The notes under the pieces were generated by a model. It was not told the origin of the DNA. It saw only the letters and a list, made by a program, of their open reading frames with translations, and did no database searches. A program made the position numbers and the translations under genes. From Mobula hypostoma (Eukaryota), in assembly GCF_963921235.1 (NCBI RefSeq), contig NC_086097.1, positions 8,990,001 to 9,054,000 of the forward strand: 64,000 nt of DNA, read 5' to 3'. How positions within the stretch are numbered: the stretch's first letter is position 1; each line of letters starts with the position of its first letter. Below, one piece after another: positions 50,320-62,450 of the stretch.

Positions 50320-51488
50320 ACTACACAAAAGTCTTGGGCACGACCCGCCCAGCCAACACACTTTTCATCCCTCTTCCCTCCGGGAGAAGGCTCAGGAGCT
50401 TGAAGACTCGTACGGCCAGATTTGGGAACAGCTTCTTTCCAACTGTGATAAGACTGCTGAACGGATCCTGACCCGGATCTGGGCCGTACCCTCCACATAT
50501 CCGGACCTGCCTCTCGGTTTTTTTTTTTGCACTATCTTACTTTCCAATTTCTATTTTCTAGTTATGATTTATAATTTAAATTTTTAATATTTACTATCGG
50601 TTTGTACTCCAGGGAGGGGGAAGCGCTGAATCAAATATCGCTGTGATGATTGTACGTTCTAGTATCAATTGTTTGACGACAATAAAGTATAAAGTATAAG
50701 CATATACATATTGGAGTGGAGAGGGAGTTTATAGATCTGGCAGGAAGAAAGGATGTTGGTGGTCATGAGGGTGAAGCACCACCGGAAAGGTGTGGGATAG
50801 GTGGCAGAGAAAAAATGCTGGGGTGGGGGAGTGGTGTAGGTGCAGCCTCTCCCAGCCCTGTGACACCAGGCATATGAATCCAAACTATCGGTTTACTGAT
50901 CATTACAGGATGTCTTTCTGGTGCCTCTTGCTCCCTTCCCTCTTCCTTCCCCTTTTCCCAACCATGATTCCCCTCTCCAGAACGAGGGGTCACAGTTTGA
51001 GGATAAAGGGGAAGCCTTTTAGGACCGAAATGAGGAAAAACTTCTTCACACAGAGAATGGTGAATCTGTGGAATTCTCTGCCACAGGAAACAGTTGAGGC
51101 CAGTTCATTGGCTATATTTAAGAGGGAGTTAGATATGGCCCTTGTGGCTAAAGGGATCAGAGGGTATGGAGGGAAGGCTGGTACAGGGTTCTGATTTGGA
51201 TGATCAGACATGGTCATACTGAATGGTGGTGCAGGCTCGAAGGGCCGAATAGCCTACTCCTGCATCTATTTTCTATGTTTCTATGTTTCTCCCTGCCCCC
51301 TTCCCACTCTCAGTCCACAACAGAGACACACATCAGAACCTGGTTTATCTTCATACACGTATGTCATGAAATTTGTTTTTTTTTACAGCAGCAGAGCACA
51401 GTGCAATAAATAAAATTACAACAGTACCGTGCAAATGTTTTAGACACTCTCGCTATATATATGTGCTTAAGACTTTTACACAGTTCTG
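50320..51488 (+). mobile_element. Tc1-type MITE with hairpin terminus, carrying nested Rex1 (50342-50699) and CR1 (50979-51290) 3' ends
   Basis: Left CAAAAGTCTTGGGCAC; right GTGCTTAAGACTTTTACACAGTTCTG|TA, with an inverted inner copy at 51422-51447. Nested LPSGRRLRSLKTRTARFGNSFFP with (AAGTATA)n tail, and RTRGHSLRIKGKPF with (TTCTATGT)n tail. Confidence 0.7.
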
Positions 51489-51959
51489 TAAGCCAAATCC
51501 GACAGGAAATGATATGGAGGCTGGGGGTGTAGAGGGGTGGGTTAGTGGGTGGAGGTATTGATCAGCTTTAGTGCTTGGGGAAAGTAACTGTTTTTGAGTC
51601 TGGTGATCCTGGCGAGAATGCTACGTAGCCTCCACCCTGATGGGAGTGGGACAAACCATTCATGAGCAGGGTGGGTGGGATCCTTCATAATATTGGGATG
51701 TATCCAAGATTACAGACAATATTGGACACATTTGGAAGTTACCTTTCAAGTTTCCATACGAACAGCATATGACCAAATATACAATGTCTGCCACTGATAG
51801 GTACTCTATCAGTTGCATACCTGTTAGAAATTTGCAATCATTACCTCCTGAGAACATTTCAGTGCCTACTTATACATAATTAACTAATAGTGTTTCCAGC
51901 TGATGGACAAAAATAAACATTTAAATATGAACTGGACAATTCCAGGTTCCTTCAGATTG

Positions 51960-52450
51960 TTATAACTGGGCATGGTAATGGGGCCAAACTCCAACTACCT
52001 ATTAAATGCTCCCAATGGCATGCATCTCAAATAGACTCTGACAAACAAGTCCAGCTCCTGACTTTCCTGTATGGCTTAGCCACAAAGCCTGGCAGAATCA
52101 TTTCTACTGACAGGAGAAGGGGCAAAGGCAGGTTTCTGGCATCTTAAAATCAGGTGCTCTGGGCAGTTGGGGCTCATCAGCCGTGGTTGGCAGATCATCC
52201 AGGAGAAGGAAAACTCTGATCTCAAAACTCCGCTGTCTTGAGGCTCCACTCACACAACAGGGAAGACTTTGGGCGTAAACCCTGTGATTTTAAAATTCAG
52301 AGCTGGAGTCCTTAAGGCAGTCCTACACCGAATTCAATGTTGACTGGTAACTCCTACGATGCAGCTGGTGCCAGACTGTTTCAGTCTCTCCTATTCCTTT
52401 GGATTCATCAGGTGTGTGGAGATGGGGAGCTTGCTGCATGGGTAACAGTT
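51960..52450 (+). mobile_element. Probable RTE-clade LINE 5' region or derived SINE
   Basis: CCAGGAGAAGGAAAACTCTGATCTCAAAAC resembles RTE/Expander 5' UTR motifs; recalled similarity only. Confidence 0.4.
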
Positions 52451-53358
52451 AGGTTATCAGCTTCAACAATGAGGACACAACCATCATGTTCGACCCTAAC
52501 CAATGCACACTCATGAATGGACAATTCCAGCATTCGGAAAAAGATAGTGAGAAAATCATCCCACTGAATAGTCCAAATAATGGGCTCATGGTTAATGTTG
52601 CAATCTGAATATGAATTTGCAAGCAATAATCACCACTGTCAGTGGGAATGTAACACTGCATTTACAATAGTATTATTGTTTGCATCCCTTTCCATTTGAT
52701 GTTACTTTTCTTTGTTTCTGTTATCTCACTCTGTCCATCTATCCATCCTATCCACCCACCTGCTGTATCTGCACCTGTCCAACCTGCTTTGAACCTATTC
52801 TCCTTGTCTCCACTACAATGAATCCTTCCTTTCACTGCCACACTAACAAATTCAAGTTCAAGTGTATTGTCATCTGACTGTACATGTATCCGAACAAATA
52901 AAACAAAGTTCTTCCACGCCACAGTGCACTCACAAAACCTATATCACACACAGCACTAAAATAAAATATTACCACAAATAAGCTAATAAAATACAATTCA
53001 AAATGCACGTAGTGTGCGGCACAGGCAAACAGTAAACAGCTCTCTGCCTGAGTGACAAAGACCTCGGTGGTGGCTGGGTATTCATTAGTCTCAGAACCTA
53101 AAGGAAGAAGCTGTTACTCAGTCTTTCAGTCCTAGTCCTGAAGCTCCTGAAGCTCCTGTACCACCTTTCTGATGTTAGTGGGTCAAAATGACTGTGTGAT
53201 GGGGATAGGAATCCTTGACAATGCTTTGGGCGCTTTGTCGGCAATGCTTACGGAAAGTATCACAATCAGTGGGGAGGAAGAAACTGATAATCCTCTTGGG
53301 GATTCTCACTTTACTCTGGAGGGTTTTGCAGTCCAATGCTTTGCAGCTTCCCTACCAC

Positions 53359-53827
53359 TGTTGCAACGAACGAGACGAACCCAAACGCAGGACACAGGCA
53401 GGGAGATTGAGTTAGGATGCAGACGCGGGCGTGAGCGTTGAACGGCACACAGGAGAGAGTGCAGGAAAGCAAGAGGCAGGCAGAACTTGACACGGAGTGT
53501 AGAAAGGAAAACAGCAGACAAAACTTTTCTTAGCGCGGAGAGATGGACTTACACAGGTAAACGTCGGTGCTGAGGTAAAACTTAGAACATTTATCTTGAC
53601 ATGGAGAGACTGAGTTTTACAGGTAAATCTCGGTACTGAAGCAAAGCTTAGAACACACAATCCTAAGCGGCCAGGAAACGTTAATACCACATTGGCAAAA
53701 CCAACGATCTGGCAACTAGTGGATGCAAAGCTGGGGTTCTTATGCTGCAGGTCTTGATGACAATCAGGTGTGCCACCATCAAAGGAAATTAGGAGAAAAT
53801 GGGGAATTAACAGCCGGGACCGTGACA
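53359..53827. mobile_element. Solo LTR (469 bp) inserted in a Rex1-like fragment
   Basis: TGTTGC...GTGACA ends; 5-bp TSD ACCAC/ACCAT; the host LINE (about 52850-53358) resumes at 53828. Confidence 0.85.
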
Positions 53828-54594
53828 ACCATACAGTAATACAGCCAAACGGACACTCTCAATGGAGCTCCTGTAGAAAGATGTTGCACCTCAGCCGTAA
53901 CATTATTATTTCTCCTCTCCTCTGTGCCTGTCCCCTTTTTTGTCCAGTCTATTCCTATCCTACTTCCATAAAAACATTGAAATCTCTGTTATACTTCACT
54001 CTCATCATTCATAAAGCTATCTGACAAGATTTAATGTTTAATGCTTTAGATTACACATGAGAAAGGACGACTTGGAAATACCACTCCTTTGCTTTGCTTG
54101 CTGCTTCTTATTCCCCCTTCAACCCACATACATTAAAGTGAAAATGGCAATGGACTATGATCTTGGGAATATTATTAACGTAATACTTAATGAAATAATG
54201 GAATAGTCATTTACAAAGTGGTTTACTTCTTATGTTTAATATCTGCAGATGGTTATTTAATATTCTCAGAATTATGCTTTCAAAAAAATTTATCAACGTG
54301 CTTGATCTCTCTCTTATTTAATATCCACAGTTCTACACTGCCTGAGAGCTTTCATTTCTCTGATCTGTTGCTCCAGTTGTTCATCAAATACCCAATTATA
54401 TATTTTTAAAAAACTATCCTAAGTGTTTGATACTTTGTGGTTCAAAATGTCATCTGTCCAAGAATTTTATTTAAAAATATAAAATGTGATCTTTGAATAA
54501 AATATGTTGTTCTCAGGGTAGGAAGAATGGAGGAAACAAATTGTTTACGTTCACCGGCTTTCTGTGTCTGCTGTTCATATTCATGAACGCTTGG

Positions 54595-55125
54595 GAACCA
54601 TAAGACCATCAGATATAGGAGCAGAAGTAGGCCATTTGGCCCATCTAGTCTTATCTGCCATTCAATCATGCCCGATCCAATTCTTCCAGTTATCCCAACT
54701 CCCCTGCCTTCTCCCCAAACCTTTTGATGCCCTGGCTAATCAAGAACCTATCTATCTCTGCCTTAAATGCACCCTATGCCTTGGCCTCCACAGCTGCTTG
54801 TGGCAACAAATTCCACAGATTTACTACCCTCTGACTGAAGTAATTTCTCCACACCTCTGTTCTAATTGGACATCCTTCAATCCTGAAGTCATGCCCTCTT
54901 ATCCTAGACTCCACTACGATGGGAAATAACTTTGCTATATCTAATCTTTTCAGGCCTTTTAACATTCGGAATGTTTCTATGAGATACCCCTCATTCTCCT
55001 GATCTCCAAGGAATACAGCCCAAGAGCTGCCAGACATTCTTCATATGGTATCCCTTTCATTCCTGGAATCATTCTCGTGAATCTTCTCTGAACTCTCTCC
55101 AATGTCAGTATATCCTTTCTAAAGT
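54595..55125 (-). mobile_element. CR1 LINE 3' end
   Basis: LIETFRMLKGL...ESRIRGHDFRI...FSQRVVNLWNLLP. Confidence 0.88.
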
Positions 55126-55128
55126 ATG

Positions 55129-55952
55129 AAAGTTCTATTCAAAAGGTTCAAAGGAATATCTAAACAAGCCTGAAGCATTTTGGAAACAAGTCCTGTGGGC
55201 TGCTGAAGTTAAAATAGAACCTTTTGCCGCAATGAGCAAAGGTACGTTTGGAGAAAAAAGTGTGCAGAATTTCATGAAAAAAAACCCTCTCCAACTGTTA
55301 AGCACGAAGGTGGATTGATCATGCTTTGGGTTTGTGTTGCAGCCAGTGGCATGGGGAACATTTACTGGTAGAGGGAAGAATGAATTCAATTAAATACCAG
55401 CAAATTCTGGAAGCAAACATCACACCATCTATAAAAAAGCTGAAGATGAAAAGAGGATGGCTTCTACAACAGGATAATGATCTTAAACACACCTCAGAAT
55501 CCACAATGGACTACTTCAAGAGGCGCAAGCTGAAGGTTTTGCCATGGCCCTCACAGTCCCCCGACCTAAACATCATCCAGAATCTGTGGATAGACTTCAA
55601 AAGAGCAGTGCATGCAAGACGGCCAAGAATCTCACAGAACTAGAAGCCTTTTGCAAGGAAGAATGGGTGAAAATCCCCCAAACAAGAATTGAAAGACTCT
55701 TAGCTGGCTACAGAAAGCATTTACAAGTTGTGATACTTGTCAAAGGGGGTGTTACCAAGTACTGCCATGCAGGGTGCCCAAACATTTGCTTCGGGCCTTT
55801 TTCCTTTTTTTGTTATTTTGAAACAGTAAAAGATGGAAATAAAAAAGTTTTCTTGCTTAAAATATTAAAGAAATATGTCATCTTTTACTTGCTTAGCTAT
55901 TCACAGTAACAGAAATTTTGACCAGGGGTGCCAAAACTTTTGCATGCCACTG
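55129..55952 (+). mobile_element. Tc1 (DD34E) derivative, second copy: fold-back junction, 3' transposase half and right TIR
   Basis: FWKQVLWAAE, QQDN and SPDLNIIQN; ends GCATGCCACTG|TA; highly similar to 913-1687. Confidence 0.92.
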
Positions 55953-56184
55953 TATATACTTTGATAAAAAGTTTACTTTGAGTCTGTTTAATAGGGTAGC
56001 TGTTGATGGCATTGTGGTAAAGTTACTAGAGCTGCTGGCGCAGTGTGAGTGACTTCTGTACAGTCTTCATCTCTGGAGCTGTGTGTGTGAAATTTGTATA
56101 ATTTCTCCATGATTGGATGGGTTACCTCTGAGTATCATAACTTCAGAGTTCAGAGTTCAAAGTAAATTTGAAAATTAATACCAT

Positions 56185-56460
56185 GGCTGACCTGGTAGTG
56201 TAGTGGTTAGAATGACACCATTACAGCTCAGGAAGTGGAATTCAGAGTTCAATCCCAGCCTCCCCTGTAAGGAGTATCTATGTCTCCCTGTGGAATACAT
56301 GGGTTTCCTCCAGGTGTTCCAGTTTCCTACCACAATCCAAAATCATTTGTCTTAGGTTAATTGGTCATTATAAATGATCTCGCAAGGGTTAAATTGGGGG
56401 TTGCCAGACAGTGTGGCTTGAAGACCTAGAAGGGTCTATTCACACTGTATTGCTAAATAA
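56185..56460 (+). mobile_element. V-SINE/HE1-like SINE
   Basis: GGTAGTGTAGTGGTTAG A-box-like and GAGTTCAATCC B-box-like motifs; GGGTTTCCTCCAGGTGTTCCAGTTTCC core. Confidence 0.75.
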
Positions 56461-57100
56461 AATAACATAAATTTACTTTCAAAGTACATGATGTCATCAT
56501 TTTCTTGCAGGCATTCACAGTAAGTACAAAGAAACTGATGAAAAAGGAAAATAATAAAGTTAAATAAATAAGCAATAAGTATCAGGAACATGAGATATGG
56601 GAACAGTTGAATGTTGGGATGAGTGAAGTCGAATGAACTTATCCCCTTTGGTTCAAGAGCCTGATGGCTAGGGGGTAATAACTGCTTCTGAACCTGGCGT
56701 TGTGGGTCCTGAGGCTCCTGTAACTCTTTCTCAATGCCAGCAGTGAGAAGAGAGCATGGCCTGGATGATGGAGGTCCTTGATGATGGATGCTGCTTTCCT
56801 GCCGCAGCGCACCTTATAGATGTGTTCAATGGCGGAGAGGGCTTTACCTACGATGCGCTAGGCTGTACCTACTACTTTTTGTAGATTTTTCTGTCCAAGG
56901 GCATTGTGTTTCCATACCGGGCCATGATGCAACCAGTCAATATACTCTCCACCACATATCTATCGAAGTTTGTCAAAGTTTTAGATGACATGCCAAATCT
57001 TCTAAGAAAGTAGAGGCCCTGCCGTGCTCTCTTTGTAATGATACTTATGTGCTGGACACAGGATAGATCAACTAATATGATAATGCTAAGGAATTTAACA
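56460..57100 (-). mobile_element. Rex1/Babar-like LINE 3' fragment
   Basis: KRARQGLYFLRRFGMSSKTLTNFDRYVVESILTGCI. Confidence 0.8.
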
Positions 57101-57173
57101 CCATGAATTTCCACCCACGTCCCGAAGATGTGCAGTTGTGAGGTTAATTGGTTGCGGTAATTTGACTGTAGAT

Positions 57174-57254
57174 TAGGGCTTCCCAACTGGGGATCTACAC
57201 ACCCCAATGCTTAATGGTGTTGGTCCATAGCATAAAAAAGGTTAAGAACCCCTG
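57174..57254 (+). mobile_element. Tiny hAT-type MITE (about 80 bp)
   Basis: TAGGGCTTCCCAAC ... GGTTAAGAACCCCTG imperfect TIRs; interior shared with 42721-42790. Confidence 0.6.
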
Positions 57255-57966
57255 CTCTGGAATATTGGTAAGTGACAGAATCTGGGGCAAGGTTTAGGGA
57301 GCAAGGTTTAGGGAGCAAGGTTTCAGGTGAAAATACTACTGGAACAGGATTGTGCTCTGATGGGCCAAATAGCCTCTTTTTATGTCATAAGGAAATATGT
57401 TGCATACAGTATGTTTGAACATTCGCACTATTGAGATCAGAGAGCTTTCACCTTGACCTGAAATGTTAATTCTCTTTCTGTTTTGACAGATGTTGCCGAT
57501 AATATCAGCATTATCTGTTTATGTTTCAGATTTCCAACATCTGTGGATTTGTGGTTGTTATTTGCTTTTAGTGCGGCATTCTACATCTTTGACATTCAGT
57601 AAAGTGCAGCAATATTGCTTCAAAATTAGAAATCTAACTGTGTTTCACCTCTAACACAATATTATGGCAAAAAGGATTAAAAGTAGAAATAAAGATAAAC
57701 ATAATGAAGAGCAGAGCCTCTTACATTTCTTCTGCCACTGATGTTGGCCTATTTATTTCAATGGGATTGCTGACCAGTACCACGTTTAACCGAGTATGAA
57801 TTCAGTGAGCAGACGCCTGACCTGAGAATTAGTTAGCCACTGCTGGAAACTAATGATTCTGTAGGGAAATACAATATGGGAGACTCCAGTTTTGGGGCTA
57901 GCATAGGGAGACAAACTGTAAGTAATTATATTGGAAACCCTCACGCAGAGGTAAAAATGGTTAATA

Positions 57967-58500
57967 CAGTGCCTAAAAAAAGTATTCACCTCCCCTTGGA
58001 AGTTTTCATGTTTTATTGTTTTACAACATTGAATCAGTGTATTTAACTTGGCTATTTGACACTGATCAATTAAAAAGTACTCATTCGTGTCAAAGTGAAA
58101 ACAGATCTCGACAAAGTGATTTAATTACAAATATGAAACACAAAATACTTGATTGCATAAGTATTCACCACCCCCCACCTTTGAAATGACACACCAAATC
58201 TTCACTGGTGCAGCCAAATGGTTTTAGAAGTCGCATAATTAGTGAAATAGAGATCTGTTTTTGGAGACCTGTGTGCAGTCAAGGTATTTCAATTCACTGT
58301 AGTAAAAATCCACCTGGATCTGGAAGGTCCAGGTGCTGGTGAGTCAGTATTCTGGCAAAAGCTACACCATGAAGACAAAAGTATAGGCCAACCAACTCCA
58401 TGAAAAGCAAAAGTCAGGAGGTGGATTCAAGAAAATTTCCAAGCCACTGAATATCCATTGGAGTACAGTTAAGTCAATCACCAAGGAATAGAAAGAATAC
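57967..58500 (+). mobile_element. Tc1 transposon 5' end (left IR/DR TIR and degenerate transposase start), a different family
   Basis: TA|CAGTGCCTAAAAAAAGTATTCACC; inner DR TAAGTATTCACC near 58158; ATGAAGACAAAA then GFKKISKPLNIHWSTVKSI. Confidence 0.8.
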
Positions 58501-58956
58501 AGAGGCCAAGCTAATATGGCACTAAACGGCGACTCCTTCGCTTGCATCTTCGAAACAGCTCTAATTCTATCTTTAATATCTTTATTTTTCACTTTCAGGG
58601 TTCTTTTGAAGACCCTGACCTGGAGTTACATACTGGCTTTGGTTTTTTCTGGGTTTTGGGACCGCCTGTTGTTTGGCACGCCAAGGGGTTGGCCTGAGAG
58701 GCGGCCTAGTGTTTGGAAACCGAAGATCTCAGGGCTCTGGAGACGGGTGGACCAAGGGTTGCTGTCACAACAGAAGACTTGTGTGTCTTCGGGGAGGCCA
58801 GAAAATCTTTCGCTGTGGGCCCGAAAACCCGAGATCTTCGCGTTCTTTGGGCACAGAACTTGTAAAAAGCGATGAAACAGACTTTTTGACATCATAAACC
58901 AGCGGGTTGTTATTATGTCTCCTGTTCGCTGTGGAAGTGAGGGACACCTCCCTCTC
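58500..58956 (+). repeat. Unclassified CpG-rich interspersed repeat (related to 43900-44200)
   Basis: Shares blocks with the reverse complement of 43900-44200. Confidence 0.7.
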
Positions 58957-59099
58957 AAGAGACCTGTGGCAACCCTGGAGCAGTTACAAGCATCACTGGT
59001 TGAGGAGGATTTACTCTGCATACAACTGTTGCCCAGGTACTTCAACAGTCACAGCTTTATGGGGGAGTGGTAAACAGAAAGTCACTGTTGAAAAAAATC

Positions 59100-59750
59100 A
59101 CACTAAAGCTCAGCTTCTTTCCAACCTTCTGCAGCTTCTTTCGGTCCTGTGCAGTAGCCCCTCCATAGCAGGCAGTGATGCAGCCTGTCAGAATGCTCTC
59201 CACAGTACAGCTATAGAAGTTCTTGAGTGCATTTGTTGGCATGCCAAATCTCTTCAAACTCCTAATGAAGTATATCCACTGTCTTGCCCTCTTTATGACT
59301 ACATTAATATGTTGAGACCAGGTTGAATCCTCAGATATCTTGACACCCACCCAGGAACTTGAAGCTGCTCACTCTCCCCACTTCTAAATCTTCTGTGAGG
59401 AATGGTACGCGTTCCTTCGTCTTACCCTTCCTGAAGTCCACAATCAGCTCTTTCGTCTTACTGACGTTGAGTGCCAGGTTGTTGCTGTGGCACCATTCCA
59501 CTAGTTGGCATATCTCACTCCTGTACATCCTCTCGTCACCACCTGAGATTCGACCAACAACGGTTGTATCATCAGCAATTTTGTAGATGGTATTTTAGCT
59601 ATGCCTAGCCACACAGTCATGTGTATATAGAGTAGAGCAGTGGGCTAAGCACACAGCCCTGAGGTGCGACAGTGTTGATTGTCAGCGAGGAGGATATGTT
59701 ATCGCCAATCCGCACAGACTGTGGTCTTCTGGTTAGAAAGTCGGTTAAGA
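59100..59750 (-). mobile_element. Rex1/Babar-like LINE RT fragment
   Basis: [47 protein letters not shown] and RQWIYFIRSLKRFG. Confidence 0.9.
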
Positions 59751-60689
59751 AGTTGTGCACCCCTTGGATGTGCTGCTTGTTAATGCAAACAATGCAATTC
59801 ACTGTATGTTTCATTGTATACACAATAAATAGACTTAAATCTTGAATTTGAATCTTCAATAAACACTTTTTTTTCTAAAAATTTAAGACCATTTGGCCTT
59901 TTGTAAACTTGTCAGGCAAATAGATTTAGCCTTTGTCTAGTTAATCACATGTAAGGCAAAAAAAAAGACTTACAGTCAACCCCAATAATAATAAACTTGA
60001 GATATTAGGAAAGACCATATTTCAAAAATCATGGGTATATATTATTGAAGTAAGAGCTAATGAGTTAGACCATTTGGAATCAGATATAGGTTGTAACACA
60101 AAGTTCTATTGTGCTCCACAGTCCTGGAAACATCTGTTTTGTTCTTATTTTGGCAATCGAATAAACCCTTAAAATTTGCTTAAGCCTTGTATGACATCAT
60201 CTGATGTGGTCAATTAGATTATCATCCCTGTAATCAGTTCCAGGGGCGACAGGTATTCCATAATATGTCAATTTAGTGACGAACAGGATGCTTAGAAATT
60301 TAAGTTTTATTGCATTAATTAGTTTATTCACTGACTGGTTAGGATTTCACCAGTTCTATTAACAAAAGGGAGATGCATTATGAGCAGATGTCAGGTTAAT
60401 GCCATTTCAGTTTACTAGTTAGGTTGCCTTTTGCTGAAACTAATACGGTGTGTGAGTCAATGAGAAGGTTAGAATGAGAGCCTTTGTGCAAATTTGACCT
60501 TCTCTGCTAATTTAGTACATTATAATTTGTATTTTATGTCAGTCATCTTGTCAATTTAAGTTTTTGTATTTGACATTAACCTTTAATGAGCTTCCAATGA
60601 ATTAATTAACTGATCGTCAGCCCCATTGTAATTCAGGGTCAAAGGTCTGTGGTATGGTTGAGCACTATTTTATTTCAAAAATAACATTA

Positions 60690-61135
60690 CATAGAACATA
60701 GAACATAGAGTAGTACAGCACAGTATGGGCCCTTCGGCCCACAATGTTGTGCCGACCCTCAAACCCTGCCTCCCATATAAACCCTCACCTTAAATTCCTC
60801 CATATACCTGTCTAGTAGTCTCTTAAACTTCACTGGTGTATCTGCCTCCACCACTGACTCAGGCAGTGCATTCCACGCACCAACCACGCTCTGAGTAAAA
60901 AACCTTCCTCTAATATCCCCCTTGAACTTCCCATCCCTTACCTTAAAGCCATGTCCTCTTGTATTGAGCAGTGATGCCCTGGGGAAGAGGCACTGGCTAT
61001 CCACTCTATCTATTCCTCTTATTATCTTGTACACCTCTATCATGTCTCCTCTCATCCTCCTTCTCTCCAAAGAGTAAAGCCCTAGCTCCCTTAATCTCTG
61101 ATCATAATGCATACTCTCTAATCCAGGCAGCATCC
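60690..61135 (-). mobile_element. Young 5'-truncated CR1 3' end
   Basis: Open 124-aa ORF (LYSLERRRMRGDMIEVYKI...TRGHGFK...AWNALP) and (CATAGAA)n tail. Confidence 0.92.
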
Positions 61136-61579
61136 CATTACGGAAGATAAGACATCTAGATCAAATTAAAAATAAGGATATAATTACACTGAAGAAGATG
61201 AGCAGTGAGAGATCAACACTTAAATAGATGGAACTGCCTCACCAGTTTGGAAGATATTGGGAAAGTGTTCCTTTTCCATGGAATTTGCCTTGTTCCTCAT
61301 TATATGCTTCATCTATTGATTTCATTTAAATTTCAAAGTCAATTTATTATCAAGGTACATATATGTCACCATATACTTCATTTTCTTGCAGGCATTCACA
61401 ATAAGCACAAAGAAACAGAATAGAATGAAAAACTGTATACAAAGACGGACAAACAACCAATGTGCAAATGGCAACAAATTGTGAGGTATTTACTAATGAC
61501 AACAAGGCTATATTAATCTATCCTTCTATTGCTGTAGCTGATTGCTATGTTACTTGCTTATACAAAGACTCTGAGCTTT

Positions 61580-62450
61580 GAATATAGAACAGAGAACATA
61601 GAAGAGTACAGCACAGGAACAGGCCCTTCATTCCACAGTGTTGTGCCGAATCAGCTAAAATGCAAATCAAAAAACACATAAACACTAATCCTTCCTACCG
61701 ACACAATGCCCATATTCCTCCATGTTTGTTACAACCATGTACCTGTCCAAACATCTCTTAAAAGCCTTCAATGTATTTACCTCTACCACCATACCAGACA
61801 GCAGATTCCAGGCAACCATTTCTCTCTGAGTAAAATAAGTTACCCCCCACATCCCCTTTGAACCTTAAACACAAAATAATTTTCACTTGGAACCTTCCAG
61901 CCTTCTCCTTCCCACCTTCCCCCCACCTTCTTTATAGGGCCTCTGCCCCTTCCCTCTTCAGTCCTGATGAAGGGTTCCCGCCCGAAACGTCAACCGATCT
62001 TTTCCACGGATGCTGCCCGACCTGCTGAGTTCCTCCAGTGTGTTGTGAGTGTTGCTTTGAACCTAACTCCTCTCACCTTCAAAGCATGACTGCTGATATT
62101 AGAGATCTCAATCCTGGGAAATAGATACTCTGTCCGTTCTAAATATGCGTCCCATGATCTTGTAAACATTTATCAGATCTCTCCTCAGCCTAGTGCTTCA
62201 GAGAAAACAAACCCAGATTATCCTACCTGTCATGATAACACATGCTCTCTAAATCAGGGAGCATCCTGGTAAAGCCTCAACGTTCTTCCTTTCGTAGGGT
62301 GACCAATACTCCAGATGTGGCCTAGAGCTGCATAATGTTGCAACACAACCTCTTGACTTTTGAACTCAATGCGTTGACTAATAAAAGTAAGCAATCCATA
62401 AGCTTTCTTAACCAGTTTATCGACCTGTGTAGCCGCTTTCAAGCAGCTAT
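61580..62450 (-). mobile_element. CR1 3' part with a Penelope-derived insert (61866-62054, 10-bp TSD)
   Basis: CTTTGAACCT at 61856-61865 and 62055-62064; CR1 motif KKAYGLLTFISQRIEFKS. Confidence 0.82.
61959..61996 (+). ncRNA. Minimal type I hammerhead-ribozyme-like motif (Penelope-associated); stem I mutated
   Basis: CAGTC-CTGATGA-aGGGttcccgCCC-GAAA-C-GTC-AACCG: intact CUGANGA and GAAA cores, GGG/CCC stem II and GUC cleavage triplet. Confidence 0.65.

Noticed and set aside
51975..52130. Possible HDV-like ribozyme at the 5' end of the RTE-like repeat
   Set aside because: HDV-like ribozymes are known in RTE elements, but I could not build the P1-P4 pseudoknot from this copy.
56190..56260. tRNA gene
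   Set aside because: Only degenerate A/B-box-like motifs at a SINE head; no cloverleaf could be formed.
57288..57325. TTAGGG-containing tandem as interstitial telomere
   Set aside because: It is a 14-bp unit (GCAAGGTTTAGGGA) repeated about 2.7 times, not a (TTAGGG)n array.
57725..57823. Minus-strand segment with acceptor- and donor-like ends
   Set aside because: Stops in all three frames.
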